From the NCBI GenBank assembly GCA_951406725.2, contig OX597825.1, positions 54,436,001-54,500,000 on the forward strand: 64,000 nucleotides of DNA, written 5' to 3'. Numbering within the stretch: position 1 is the stretch's first letter; every line of letters begins with the position of its first letter. Made by a program: the position numbers and the translations under genes. This document shows positions 27,400-42,663 of the stretch, in pieces. Under the pieces are notes generated by a model that saw only the letters and a list, made by a program, of their open reading frames with translations, was not told where the DNA came from and made no database searches. The stretch is from Octopus vulgaris. Its lineage: Eukaryota.

Positions 27400-27550
27400 G
27401 CGTCAGTCACTCGGTCTACTAGAAATAGAAACGAAATACCTCTCAAACCACTATTGTGTTGACCACTACTGTCTTGAAAGTATGAGAAGGAAAACTATAG
27501 CTTATGTAGTCTTAGATGTACTCTGGCAGAGAAGTAAGCAGCACTGACAA
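27400..27550. repeat. Old dispersed repeat family D (other traces at about 20665-20805, 37045-37225, 47665-47850, 49435-49870, 56700-56840)
   Basis: Recurrent CTAGAAATAGCAGCCAAAT-like and GATCAGGG.TGA..AAACAAC-like segments on both strands. Confidence 0.5.
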
Positions 27551-28049
27551 AGGTGGCACCATATTTTAGCAAAGGCATTCTAGATAATGGTTGCCTTTCA
27601 GCTATACAACTTTGGTAGCAGTGACAGTTGCCAAAATCTACTAACGTAATGGCAGTGAAAAGGAGATCAACAAGCTGTCACGAAGTATTAAATTGATTCT
27701 TACACACGGCGTTGTTTGAGAAATGTAATAAGCGTCGCACATAACATACGCCCACACAAACATACACACAAACACACATACACACACACACTCACACACG
27801 CTCGCACTTACGCACCCACACGCATACAGACACATACACTCATACACATTTGTTCAAATACATTATTTCAATTCGTTTTACTGCTTTCAGCCATTGGACA
27901 ACAGCCATACGGATTCGTTGCTTTCAAGGGATTTAGTTGTTCATATCGGCCTCAGTGTTTAATTCAATCCGATACGATAGTTATAGACACCCAGATTGGA
28001 TATATACATGTACAAAATAGTAATATAGAAATATCTTAACTAGATAGCG

Positions 28050-28113
28050 GCGATGCGTTTCTTCGCACAACATAAAACGCATAACCAATTAATGCTGATT
28101 GCTTCATCAGGGA
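28050..28113 (-). ncRNA. Hammerhead-like remnant with long stem II
   Basis: Minus strand TCC-CTGATGA-A-GCA...TGC-GAA(GAA)A-CGCA-TC; CGCA is one CpG-type change from palindromic CGCG; GAA duplicated. Confidence 0.45.
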
Positions 28114-28270
28114 AAGATATAAAAACAAATCTTTCAAACAAGATTAGATTTCTTACATATCACACAGCGAAAAACCACTGAACAAGCAGAAATTTCTAGT
28201 CGACCGTGTTTTACAATGGGCTTCGGCAAACTGAACTAGGTGAAAAAAATGTTATGTACATATATACGCT

Positions 28271-28364
<94 letters not shown>

Positions 28365-28537
28365 TTATATATGCATACTTATATCCATATATATATAAAT
28401 ATACATATATATATATATATATGTATATTCATATAATTATATATATATACATCTTTATATATATATATAAATATATATATACATACATATATACACACAC
28501 ATATATATACACGCACTTATATATATAGAGAGAGAGA

Positions 28538-28576
<39 letters not shown>

Positions 28577-29334
28577 TCATACACACGGAGACATACTCTT
28601 CCCCTCTTACTTCCTCCTCTCGTTCTATGATTTTTATATAAGTACATATATCTTTACATGCACGCACATACGCAGTTTTGCACAGATGGACATGAATATG
28701 CATGTATGTATGTATGCATGTATGTATGTATGTACGTATGTATTATGTATGTATGTATGTATGTATGTATGTATGTATGTGTATATACCTATATATCTGT
28801 ATATATACATATGTGTGTGAGCGTGTTTGGGCGTGTGTGTGCATTTGTGTGTGTGTACGTATCTGAAGAGAGAAACTGAGAAGGAAGCCGCGAGATAATG
28901 CACGAACGAAACACTGTTGGACCAACCGTATGGAAATAATTGTATATGATTTGAATAATATCCAGATCCAGTTTCATTGGATTCTAATAATTATTTTATG
29001 CTCTTATCAATAGAAATATTCCAAATACATGACACAAAACGGGGCGAGGGCAAAGCGATCAACCACCGATTGCACTTAGTACAAATTAACTACTAATCCT
29101 TATATGTGTTTTCTAATTACTGTCAGCTAACATCGTTTAATCTTTGAAATAACTTAATTTAAACGTTTACGGTAACCCTCGTCCTATGAACTAAGTATGA
29201 ATACAAATCTGTATCGATTTAACATTAATTTATTTAAATATATTTATTATATAATTCATATTAAACTATGACATAATATGATCGTGTGTGACAGACTATA
29301 AAATGCAAACAGGGATAAAGCTGTTATCCGTGTC

Positions 29335-29572
29335 ATATAGACACATAAGGGCGGTTCCCCAGTTCGGTTTGTGTGGCGTATATATATATTCCTCCACTGG
29401 ACGAGACGCCGCCCGTCGAAGGAGTACTCAGTGATTCTATTTAAGTGGACTGGATCAACGTAAAATGAGGCGTTGTGTTCAAGAATATAATACATTGCCC
29501 GGTCCATGAATCGAAAGAACAATCTGAAGAACGTGAAGATAACACCGTAACCACTAAGCCATGCACTTTCAC
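29335..29572 (-). mobile_element. Diverged tRNA-headed CORE-like SINE
   Basis: Minus strand GCATGGCTTAGTGGTTACGG...TTTCGATTCATGGACCGGGC head shared with family E, then TTCTTGAACACAAC..CATTTTACGTTGATCCAGTCCAC. Confidence 0.7.
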
Positions 29573-32500
29573 TAACGGAATAGACCTAAAACAAAGGCTG
29601 ATAACAACTGGAAATGTTTTTGATCAGACCGATACTGAAGTGACCAATCAATAACTGTACAAATTTGTATACTGTTGTTATGTGAACTTCAGCGATTTAA
29701 TAATCAATATTTTTGATATGTTCCTAGGTTCCAATTTAAATAACACACTAATTCACATTGCTTTGATATACCTTGGGAGGATCTATATGTCAATAATAAT
29801 CACATGCACTGACTCTGCTTCACTTCTTTAGTAGGTGGTAAATAATTTAGCCATTAACTAATATATCGTTTAATTATTCCTTCTGTCAATCACTCGATCA
29901 AATAGTTCATTAGTTAACTCTTTAACCACTTGACTAATAAAAGTAAAGAAATGAAATAGAACCAGTACTTGTGCTTATTATTGGCATAATGACCTTCCCG
30001 AAATACAACAAAATAGATTTTAGTTCACAAGTTCATATCAAGAATTTTGCAAACCAAATGCAAATATTAATTCACAGGAAAATGTAATAGGAATGCGAAT
30101 ATTGAATTTGGAAGTTTGTCTTTGATGATAATCCAAATTTCCATCTAACCTCAGTCTAAATATACACGACTTCTCTGTTCCCTTCTACACTATTATTACC
30201 ATCAATAATTACATTGAATCTCAGAGTACCATCACCGTAATGCCCTCCACGAGTTCTCTCAGAAAACTGAGAGGTAGTTTATCATATAATGAGAAATTAG
30301 TACAAGATATTTTAATATTTGCTTTTCTAATGTTTGTGAATGTCCATGTGTCAATGTGTGGATTTATGTGCGTGTTTACGCGCGTGCGTGTGCGTATGTG
30401 TATAGGTGTTTGGTGTATATGTGCATGCTTGTGTACATTCGATTATGATAAAATGTGTTTATGCGTTTGTGTATGAGCCCCAGTTCTTATAGATTCATTA
30501 GAACCTAGTTTTGTTATTGTATTTATTTTTATTCTTTTCGTTGGTTAAAAAAATATCAAGGGGCGGAGTTCATTTTCTCTGTGTCTTTGTGATTGGATTT
30601 TCGATATTTGTTCGATTAATTGATCTAAATAAATTGCCACTAATGATGTAAAAGTTGAAATAGGTTATGTCTTTCTGCCTATGATATTGCAGGCAGTTCG
30701 TCAAATGTTAGGAATATTTCATTGTCAGAAAAAAATCACTATCATTCCTCACATCCCAAAGGATTTTGGAAAAATATATAAATTGACATTTGATGAACAA
30801 CTCAAACAGATTTCTGTTCTTAGAGGTCATGCTGTTGTACAATATATCACTGTATGATTGTAACCGAATAGAAATGTTGCTGATTTAAAAATCTTTAATG
30901 AAAAGTATGTTAAAGGAACACACAGTCCAACTATAGTAATACCACCAAGCTGCCAACATGTCAGTGTGCTGCAGTTAATTTTATATACATCAAAAGGAGA
31001 ATTGGTAATATCGATCTTACTACATAACAGCAAGCGATCACAAAACTATCTGGTGTCTCTTACTATTCCCAACTACTCTCAGGCCGAAATGCAATCAATC
31101 GCAGTGAACAAAACAGACAATTGAGAGAATTTTTGCTTTTCATTTGTATTTTTATTTTCTATTTTATGTTCCGTTGTCTTTTTTTGTTTTATTTTTTTTT
31201 TAACATCGCTATAAATAATAAGGATCTTGATTTCCAGAAAACAAGAACACGTGACAAGTGTAGCGTTTTACATCATAACTGGCTTTCGGCGGACATCATC
31301 GGTTCGCTGGGTTTCATGTTCATTTAAGCTTTTAATTTCGTTAGCCGGAGATAAATTTACCCCACAAACATAAGTTATATTCTTAAGTTTCTACATTATA
31401 ATTCACGTCCTCGAATTTTATTTGATTAGCAATTTCGGTTAATGTTTTCTTCTAGTTTTAACGAAATCTTTTTTCTCTACTTTTCCTTGGTAATTAGTCC
31501 ATCTATTTGTAGCAAGATTTTCTTACAAAAGAAAATTACATTATGCCATTAATAGCCTGCTATATATACGCAACTCCTTTTGTTCTCTTATTCTTGTTCT
31601 AAACAAAAGCAGTTGAATTATTACATTGAAAATTTTACCAGGTATAAAATAAAAATTATCTGAATTAGTTGACGACGAAGAATAAAACTCTAAAGAAATT
31701 GTAAGTCTTCTTAGCAAACAAATCTTCGCATTTTTTTCTTTTCCCTCATTTCTCTTCTCTTGTTTTCTTACTTTTTGTTAAATACTTATCAATTTTCTTG
31801 ATAGATTCGGAGTTGATTTTATGTTTTGTTTTCAGTTTAAGCACTTGATTATACATCGTAAATGAGCTAAGCTACATCACCCTCAATGAGTATATACCGG
31901 TGAATGACAATGATTCAAAATGAGACGGATTTCAGCAAAAATACCGCCAACAAAACACACAACAGTTTGTAAAATTGTTTCTTTATGCATTTCAATTATA
32001 TTGCGTCATTGTTACTGGCCGCGAAGAACTGAATCCTTTTCCGTCACGATAAGCTGGACGTGTGTTGTGCTGAATTGCAACAAAGCTACTTGACACAAAC
32101 TTGAGAATTACTGGACCCTTTTTGAGCTTCCTATGCAAAACTTTTCCTCTGTTTCATGAACTGTGTCACTGGAAGGGTTAATTATCGGCATTACGCAATT
32201 GGATTTTCATAAGCAGGTGATCGTGTTTTATCAGGAGAAAGCGTTGCATTTAGAAGACAATTTGAAGAAATTCCTTATATTATCCCCGTCTTCTGGTACT
32301 TGGAACTGAACCATATAAGAATGATCCTTATCAAAAAAAAAAAAAAATAACAAGCGCACTTGATTGCAAACGACTGTTGCGGGAGAATAGTTCATACAAG
32401 ATTCGATATTTATTTCAATATGGACACATCCTGTCTATTCATATACTACTTTTATTTTTAAAACAATTATTTCACTAATATTGCATGGCATCTTATTTTT

Positions 32501-33252
32501 TATGTAATTTGGAAATTTTAATTTCTGTATATTAGAGAAATTAGATATAAAGTAGTAACGAAAATACTTTCATGGAGAATCGAAACAGCCGCGCTGATTA
32601 CCAATTCTCGGGCAGTTTATAACTTAGTTCACAAGGCTGGTCATATATATCGATTAACACTGGTCTGTTTTAATCAACAAAACACAGAGCCTTAGATTTT
32701 AAAACCTGGTGTAATACAAAGCTGTAACTCTCTTGGTTTCAAAAAGTCATTAATGATGAGAAGCTGATCAGACTTGAAGATAGAAATCGGTCGGTTATTA
32801 TCTTTTGCCCTATACTCGGGTGATCATTACGTTATATGATTTTGGTCAGCTGAAGAGCAATTGTTTAGAGTGCCGTCTCATAATTAAAAGGGGTAGCTTT
32901 TTTCTTGTTAATTTCCCAGTCAGGTTATATGGCAAAGAGAACAAACCAATGGCTATTTAGAAGTTGTTTCTCTGAAGTTGTTATCATTTCCTGTCGCCTG
33001 GTTTTCTTAAGATGCAGCTGACGTCATAAGCACAGGTTTCAAACGTCTGTAATTAATTACGCAAGCAGGAATGTGAAACAGTTCATTAATGCTTCATTAT
33101 CTCAGCAATAGTGAATAGAGGAATGATTAATTAAATATTTAAATGATATTTCTTATGGAAAATAAAATTCTAGGATTATGTAATAAGTCAATAATCCTCT
33201 TTTACACCTATGATTGTTTCTGTATGTTTAGATACAATCATAAAAGTACTAT

Positions 33253-33297
<45 letters not shown>

Positions 33298-33329
33298 AAC
33301 CACTACTATCCTAATATAAGTAATTATTA

Positions 33330-33528
33330 ATTTCAAATTTTGACACAAAGCTAGCAATTTCGGGGGAGGGTGTAAGTCAATGACACTGATCTCAGTCATC
33401 AACTGGTACCTATTTTATCGACACCGAAAGGGTTAAAGGAAGTTCAACTTCGGCAGAATTTGAACTCAAAACGTAAGGACAGATGAATTACCGCTGAGCA
33501 TTTTGCCTGGCGTGATAACGATTCTGCT
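33330..33528 (-). mobile_element. SINE family B
   Basis: Reverse complement of the family B head and body (GAATTTGAACTCA, TTTTATCGAC, AACGATTCTGC). Confidence 0.88.
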
Positions 33529-33720
33529 ATGAGGATGAGTTATTCAGATGGAAGATGATTCTTTGCGTGAAGAATATCAACCATCCTTTTTGTCTTCAAT
33601 ATCGATTCATTATATTCCTTGTATTTGTAGATGTCTCTGATGGTTTGTCACCTTTTCCTGGGATTTGTTTCATGATTCCATGGCGCACAAACGGGGAGTG
33701 AAACTGTAGTATGACCTATC

Positions 33721-33814
<94 letters not shown>

Positions 33815-34300
33815 AGATGTATATATGTGTGAGTGTGTGAACGTCTGAGTATGTGAATTCAGCTATATGTAAGCGTCTCTCTCTATGTACATGTATTGGT
33901 GAATGTGAATATGTTCCAATACGCTGAATTGGAAAAGATTACAATTTTGGATAGAATTTCACGTGGTATTAGTTCCGTATTAGTTATGAGTTCATATCAC
34001 GCAACATTCAGCTTGTGAGACTTAGATCCATTCAGTGTCGATACAATACGTACCAGTTAAGGGTAGCGGTTTACCAAAATTCTTAAAGTATTATCCAGCT
34101 GCTGCGGATTTTTGCATTTTGAGATCATATAGTGCCTTGTTACCGAAAACCTGTGGCGGTTTTATCATGAGATGCGACTGATCTGCCGGTCACAACTCGT
34201 GACAGTAATTTCAAAACTCACTAAAACTATAGATCATGTATGTATGTATGTATGTATGTATGTATGTATGTATGTATGTATGTATGTATGTATGTGTGTG

Positions 34301-34349
<49 letters not shown>

Positions 34350-35283
34350 GTATGTATGCATGTATGTATGTATGTATGAATGTATGTATGTATGTATGTG
34401 TATGTATATGTATGTGTATATGTATATGTATGCGTATGTGTGTATGTATATATTTACGGCAATACATGTAGGTGCGTGAAAAATGTACCGCGTAGTATTT
34501 AGAACTCGGATTACACAAACTTTGAAACATGGTATTCGGCATCGGACCACAAAATACTGAATTACATAAGACAATGGGGTATTATGAATTATAGCTTTAT
34601 TTTGTTTTGTGTGTGTTTGTGCGTTGTGTTGTGTGTGTGTATGTGTGTGCGTGTGTGCGTGCCTGTATGTCTAACGCAGAGTTGTCCACACACATATTTA
34701 TATTAAGAGCTTCCTGTATTCACTGAGCAGTGTTTTACTTGATTATACTCTATTATATTTACGTGTATTACCAGTGGGGAGGGCTACTTGGCTTTCCACG
34801 CTTCTGATCATTTAGGCCAACAATCTAATGCTTGTACATTCCTACCAAACTTTTGTATCAATTCACTAATTGCAAAGTCCAGACTATATGTCCCGTGACT
34901 GAGAGACAGGGGAATAAAACATTATTTTGTTTGTGTGTTAGTTATGTTTTTGTTTTAATACATTTATACTTGGTATGTCACTGATGTGACGCCATTTTGA
35001 TGCGTGTTATATATTAGAGATAGATTTCTGATAAATTTTTAAAAGGAAAAGCAAAAATGGTGTTGATCTGCTGTTTATTGGGATATAGTGTGATCCCCAT
35101 AAATCTACCAACGCAAAAGCAACAACAGTTGATATATGCATGAATATGTCAGTGTGTGTGTGTGTGTACATACATAATACATATATACATATATATATAT
35201 ACATATATACACATATATATATGTATGTATATATATTTGTGTGTGTGTATACAAACATCAATTGTTGATACCTTTACGTCACT

Positions 35284-35331
<48 letters not shown>

Positions 35332-35333
35332 AA

Positions 35334-35855
<522 letters not shown>

Positions 35856-36269
35856 GCATACATACATGCACACTCATATATGTGTGTATATGTATATATA
35901 CACATAAACATATCGGAAAGGAGACAATTATAAGTATCAGCAATTATAATTATTAGCATAATTTCTTGATTTATTAAAATTATTTCCTCCTCTAGAGGAT
36001 GTGTCATAATTACTAAATGGTAAGAGAAAATAACTTCGCATGAGAAGAGGCGATATTATCAAGAATCAATCATAGGTGTATAGAAGCAGAGTAGAAAAAA
36101 ATTATGTTTCGATCGTTTGCATAATTCGAGTATAAAAAAGGCTAGGGAAATAACTTAAGGTATCCAATGGAATGGACAAGAACAACACAGGGAAATACAG
36201 ATACATGAAGTAGCATTCATCATAATGTCTTGAATTATCAAATTTATCTCTGCCTCTTGAGGATGTGTT

Positions 36270-36356
<87 letters not shown>

Positions 36357-36371
36357 TATATATATATATAT

Positions 36372-36450
<79 letters not shown>

Positions 36451-36472
36451 TACAAGGATAGAGATAGAGATA

Positions 36473-36700
36473 TATTCTTCAACCGACTGCAAACCAGATC
36501 TAGCAAAGCTCCAGTAGGAATCGCTGTTTCCTGTTATGGTTGTTACGTCCATAATATCAGGTTGTGTGTCTCTAACCATGCTGTCAATGTAGTTGAGTAT
36601 CTTTTGTCCTCTATCAAGGTACGCATATCTTAATGAAACATCCAATCTCCACTGCTTTACATCACAAAAGCAGTGGTCAATAGAGCGTGCATTGCCTTGA
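36473..36700 (-). mobile_element. Decayed RTE-type LINE ORF2 C-terminus / 3' end
   Basis: Translates ARSIDHCF...[34 protein letters not shown], parallel to the RTE-type RFAGHCF...RGR..LTYID...RDT.L....L...M.NR..W pattern; ends in (TATC)n. Confidence 0.65.
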
Positions 36701-38028
36701 CCAATAAATAGAAGAGTTTAGAGGATGCATGCTTGTGTGTGTGTATTTGCATGTATGTGAGCGCGCATGCGCCGCGTCCGCGTGATCCAATGCTCACATC
36801 TCAATTCAAGGAACATGTAGTTCTGTTGATCATTCAATTGGCGCCCTCGGTGTTTCCACGACATTATTTTTTAACTATTGATTTATTCTGATTTGCCATA
36901 TAAACTCAAGACGAATTTCATATTCACTTTTCTTGGGTTTTACTCCATGTCACTGCCATATCAATTATTTTATTTATTTATTTTTTTCGTTTGACTGCGA
37001 TTTACCAAGAATCGAGATAACGAATCGAGAACGACCACATATAATATGGTCGCTCTTCATGCTAGAAAAACTAGCTAATTATCCGTCATATTTTGTGCTT
37101 CCAGCTTAAAACACGCCAAAGGACGTATTCGCTAATGGACTGTCATGTCAGGATTTGAATGATCTTACCTATAGTTCCGCTTTATTAGAAATGAACTAGA
37201 GCTAAACAGCAACAAAAACAATGACCCAACAACAGCAGACTTTTTTCTTCATTTGATTCGGTATATTGGGAGACAGATTTATTATCAAATAATGAAAATA
37301 TCAATAAAGAAATAAATTGATCACTCATTCAGTCGATGATTCGATCTTCCGTCACTTCATCAATCAATTAATCAATTATCAACTTAAATTACCACTCCTT
37401 CCCCTTCATGTTTTAAATCGTTATCACAAGATCTCAACTTATTTGATAATTTTCGATAACATTGAGACGTACGTAAGAGTAAGACACTCAACTAGTATCC
37501 TTTCAAATTTGAATGCAAGCGTTACTCTGGATCTTTGGCAAAATAATTTATTCCCTGCTGCAGATGAAAGTTGGAAGATCTAATCCCTAAACACCTGTGA
37601 GCTACATCTGAGTTAGACTACCTTCCTATACTGGCGCATGATATTTATATTAATTACACTTCACAGTTGACAAGTGTAATAACTTTAAAGCAAATCCCAA
37701 ACCGGGACGCAGTTATTTTATTTGCAGTGCACAAAGGTGTTATATATAGGTTACACAACTATGAGATTTTGCGATATTCATGCATTGCCCTTTGCTATTT
37801 ATAGCGTCATAGATAAAGGAAATGCAATTTGTAGCAATGGGGCTTCGTGCCTCATTACCTTTCACTCTAACGGGTCTTGTCACGAAGAGAAATGTTTCTT
37901 AAAGTGCAGGACTGACCTGGGTTTTTTGTTTGAATGTTTCCGCGTGTGAGCACCCCCACCACCCCATGCGTGTGCATGCATGCTTGCTTACACTTGTATA
38001 TTATCATGGGAATAAAATCTAACAACTA

Positions 38029-38190
38029 GGCGCACTGGCTTCGTGTTTCGAGTTTAAGTCGATGGACTTACAACCATAAGTTAGCGGGTTCGATTCCGGG
38101 ATTGAGTGGATCGTTGTGGCTTTCCTCGGTCGATGTATTTCATTTCACGTAGTTCTAGACTACTCAACTGAAACATGTAGAAAGCATAGT
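38029..38190 (+). mobile_element. Old CORE-like SINE 5' part
   Basis: B-box-like GGGTTCGATTCC followed by TTTCATTTCACGTAGTTCTAG..TACTCAACTG. Confidence 0.55.
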
Positions 38191-39706
38191 TATTGCAACT
38201 TCCTCTTTTTCTCTCTCTCATTCTTTCTCTTTCTCTCTCACACACTCTCTATCTATCTCTTACTCACGCTCTCATTCACTCCAGCTGTCATATCCTCAGC
38301 AAATCACTTGGCCAAGACTAAGAATGTCCACAGGGGAGCCATGTCTGCTTCCGACTCCACATGCTCCTAAGACAATTAGCAGAACCTGGCTGTCTCTTAC
38401 CAGGTCATAAACACTTACAATCGACAGCTATGGTTTTTCTATGATTTTACGTGTCTGTGAGAGGGTTTGTGTGTGAGAGTTAGAGTGTGGGTGAATAGAG
38501 TCTGCATGCATACTGCTAATTTCAGTAGACGGCTCCTGAAGCAAACCAGAATTATATGTGCATAGATACACACATATACACATGCATACATAAAGATAGA
38601 TAGATACGGACAGACACACAGATACAAACATACACACACACATAAATGTGTGTATACATGCAAGTATGTGTGTGTATACATACATGTATGCGTGTGTATA
38701 CATTATACATACGTACTTACACACACGTTTATATATACACACACACACATATATATGTATATATATATATATATATACACACATACACGCACGTATATAT
38801 ATATACACACACACATACTGTTGTAATTGTGATGAGTTATTCGGGAGTGTTGATCCAGGTGCGGAGGTGATACATGCTTAATCCGATTAGACTTACTGAA
38901 TCCGTCTATTCCTTCGAAGCCATGTGAGTTCACGCGCGCTGGCGCACACACGTATGTGTATGCGTCGAGTTGACCAGTCGTCAATGTAGCTGGTTGTCTG
39001 CTTCTGTGTATATTTGTAACGAAGTGCGATTCACTTGTATAATTGTGTGATTGTGCTTTCTTTATGTGATGTGGGTTTCAAGAACGTGGGTTTCTCAAAT
39101 TTTTATTCTCTGTGTAGCTGTAATTTTGGTTGTTTTAGCTTTTCATGTTATTGTTTTTATTTAGCACTTGGTCACATCTCAATGGATATTTCAACAGTAG
39201 TTATCCCAAACTTCCAGCAAGGTTTAACCATAAAGAAAAATTAACTTGCTTTCCGAACTGCTGTGATATTGCCTACGCTACAAGTATGTGGAATAATATA
39301 CTGGCCGATCCACTCCGATTATTAATAATTCCAGCTCTTATGAGAAAAATTATACTATAGGAAATTATAATATCAATACTAGAAACAAACAAATCTATGA
39401 TAGAAACGACTGAACAATTAATGATAGTTATGAAAGGAATAATGAAAGTTGAAATGTTGATAAATTTCAAACACTAAATTCTGTTAACTACAATAAAAAA
39501 AATTATGATGCTCATTACAAATATAAAATGTCTAATTATAATGATATTAATACTGTTACGCCGGTATTAACTTTAGTATATATGCAAGCAGGAATAAGGT
39601 TTCAAATGTTTATCATAATTGGTGTACTGGGAATAGATTTAATATAAGCAACAATAGCTGTGAATTGACAATTAAATCTACTAATTCTACTACTACAACA
39701 ACAACA

Positions 39707-39746
<40 letters not shown>

Positions 39747-39759
39747 ATATTAATAATAA

Positions 39760-39991
39760 TTCTTTTATTCTTTTATGTGTTTCCGTCATTTGTGGCCATG
39801 CTGGAGCACCGCCTTCTAGTCGAACAAATCGACTCCAGGACTTATTCTTTGTAAGCCTAGTACTTATTCTATCGATATCTTTTTGCCGAACCGCTAAGTT
39901 ACGGGGACGTAAACATGTCAGCATCGGTTGTCAAGCGATGGTAAAGGTACAAACACAGACACACATACATATATACACACGCGCGCACACA

Positions 39992-40040
<49 letters not shown>

Positions 40041-40215
40041 ACATGTATATACCACGGGCTTCTTTCAGTTTTCGCCTACCAATTCCACTCACAAGGCTTT
40101 GGTAGGCCCGAGGCTATAGTAGAAGGCAGTTTGCCCAAGGTACCACGCAGTGGGATTGAACCCGGAACCATGTGGCTAGTAAGCAAACTATTTACCACAC
40201 AGCCATTCTTGCACC
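39760..40215 (-). mobile_element. SINE family A, full length
   Basis: Reverse complement GGTGCAAGAATGGCTGTGTGGTAA ... GGCGGTGCTCCAGCATGGCC ... TAAAAGAATAAAAGA. Confidence 0.93.
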
Positions 40216-40402
40216 TAATGATGATGATGATGATCATGCTTTCTAATAAATGTACAAGGCCTGACATTTTGGGGAATGGGATTAGACCCCAGTGCTGAAC
40301 TGATATCTTAAAACGCTTCCTGGAAAAGCCGGGATTTGAGTACAGAATGTAAATACGAAGATAAAACTGCCGCTAAGCATTTTGTTCTGCGCAGCTCGCC
40401 GC

Positions 40403-40511
<109 letters not shown>

Positions 40512-41320
40512 ATTCAGTACCGGCAGCTAAAAATAGTAAGGTAAAACAGGATCACATGACTGAGAATAATAACCGTTACCTAGTGTATGGAGGTATCGGT
40601 TGTATAAATAATAATCAAATTGCATTAGATCCTAAGACATCTAATACAACATGCTTCTGTTTGTATGGGTACAACCTCAACCAAATTGAAACTTTATTGC
40701 GAGAAACGCTTGTCTAATTTTTTGCATTCTCTCACCAGTAATGACATTCAATATAATATTGCTTGATCCGTCGTAATGCATAGCCGCATATGTGTGGAGA
40801 TACTTGCGCGGGCTTTATGTATTCCAGATGATCCATATAAGTAGAATTAAATCGAATATAAATAGTCAATGCGATAAATTGATCACTTGATTCAAGCGTC
40901 TTTGAAATAAGTCGTTCCTATAAGCTATGAATAACTAAACCATAAATTAACCTATCACACTTAAACCAGCAGATCTATATAATCTATCATCAATGTGATT
41001 GGCTATTTTTTTTCTAATGGCGACTATAAATCATGTCCCCTTTTATATATTACGCATTATATAATGCAGTACTATCTAACAATTTAAATTCTTAACATAC
41101 ACGTCTTTCATACTCATATATTGGGTGTGTATGTGTGTGTGTGTGTGTGTGCGTGAGTATGCATGTATGTATTATGTATGTATATGCAAATATTCATGCT
41201 AAGACAATTACGCTTCCATGACCGGGTTGAACTCTGTTAGCCAGCACTTCAGAACTTCATTACTGATGTGTCTACATTTTAACCCACGTGATATGAAATG
41301 TGCATTTTTATGTCTGTGTC

Positions 41321-41369
<49 letters not shown>

Positions 41370-41374
41370 ATGAC

Positions 41375-41419
<45 letters not shown>

Positions 41420-41579
41420 ATATATATATATATATAGATTGATATATATATATATATATGTGTCTGTGTGTGTGTGTGTGTATGTACATATACATATATG
41501 TATATGCACATACATATATGCATGAGTAAGCGTAAAGGTATGCGTGTATATACGCTGTTATGTACATGTATATATATAT

Positions 41580-41653
<74 letters not shown>

Positions 41654-41876
41654 GTATACATATATAGTTGTATATATGTATGTATTTATATGAATATGTG
41701 TGTGTGTATCTCTATACATCATTACATCTGTAATTTTAGCGCACACATGCTCATGCTTGATAAAATGTCAACAGTCAGCATATGTGTATGTGCATATTGT
41801 AAGTACGCATATACATATGTATGTGTGTATGTGTGTGTGCGCATGTGGGTGTATGTGTATGTGTGTTTGTGTGTGC

Positions 41877-41939
<63 letters not shown>

Positions 41940-41941
<2 letters not shown>

Positions 41942-42535
41942 GAAACAAACAGAAGTGACAAAATCAAAAACAACAAAATCCCCAGAGATTTTCAGAATTA
42001 ATATAACTACGTTAATGCTCACGAGAGAATGTAAAGAATAAAAGATATAATGTTTTGAACATAGTCCTTCTTCATATACTAAAGTAACGAGTTGAAGATA
42101 TTGGAAAGAGGAGAAGAAGAAAGGATATTATCACGGAAATTTTGATAGGAGAGATTTATGAAAGACTTACAAAAAGCTTAGAAAAAACGAACTGCAACGA
42201 ACAAAGAACACAAGGCTATAGGCACTTCATACGTGAACTGGAATTAGTAGAAGAGCGAAACAGGGTGAGAGAGGTTGAAAGAAAAAGGAATGTATTGTGG
42301 AGAAGAAGCAGGTAAATTTGAGACTGATGTGAAGGGTAAAGGTGAGTTGAGATAAGAATGAACAAAATGTTTAAGTGTAAAAGGTGTAGGAGTAGAAAGA
42401 AAAACGCATTTTGAAAACAGTCGGTACAATAGCACCGAGCTTGAAAAAGAAAAGTTGTTTCTTCCAAGAGAGGGTGGAAACATTATGTGCCGAAATATAA
42501 CACACTGGTAAGTCAGGAATGGAATAGCCTGCAGT
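41940..42535 (-). mobile_element. Penelope-like element 3' end: GIY-YIG C-terminal remnant plus 3' UTR with hammerhead
   Basis: About 42530-42393 translates GYSIPDLPVCYISAHNVSTLSWKKQLFFFKLGAIVPTVFKMRFSF, parallel to PLE GHS..DL.V......R...EQ..IF.LG...P.G.N.RFSF; followed by a pyrimidine-rich UTR with the motif at 42045-42079; ends in (CA)n. Confidence 0.72.
42045..42079 (-). ncRNA. Decayed minimal hammerhead motif
   Basis: GTAT-ATGAAGA-A-GGAC-TAT-GTTC-AAAA-CA-TT-ATAT; with 44239-44273 it reconstructs to GTAT-CTGAAGA-A-GGAC-TAT-GTCC-GAAA-CG-TT-ATAC. Confidence 0.6.
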
Positions 42536-42663
42536 GAGTGAGTCTGTCTGTCCATCTCTCTGTCTGTCTGTCTGTGTATGTGTGCCTGTGTCTGTATGTG
42601 CGTGTGTCGTTATAATGAAGTTCGCATTTCGGCTTGATTGGTTCTGATAATATAAAATAGACC

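Noticed and set aside
31904-32093. Short ORFs MTMIQNETDFSKNTANKTHNSL and MRRISAKIPP...
   Set aside because: Short, no recognisable domain; the N-glycosylation-like motifs are followed by an early stop.
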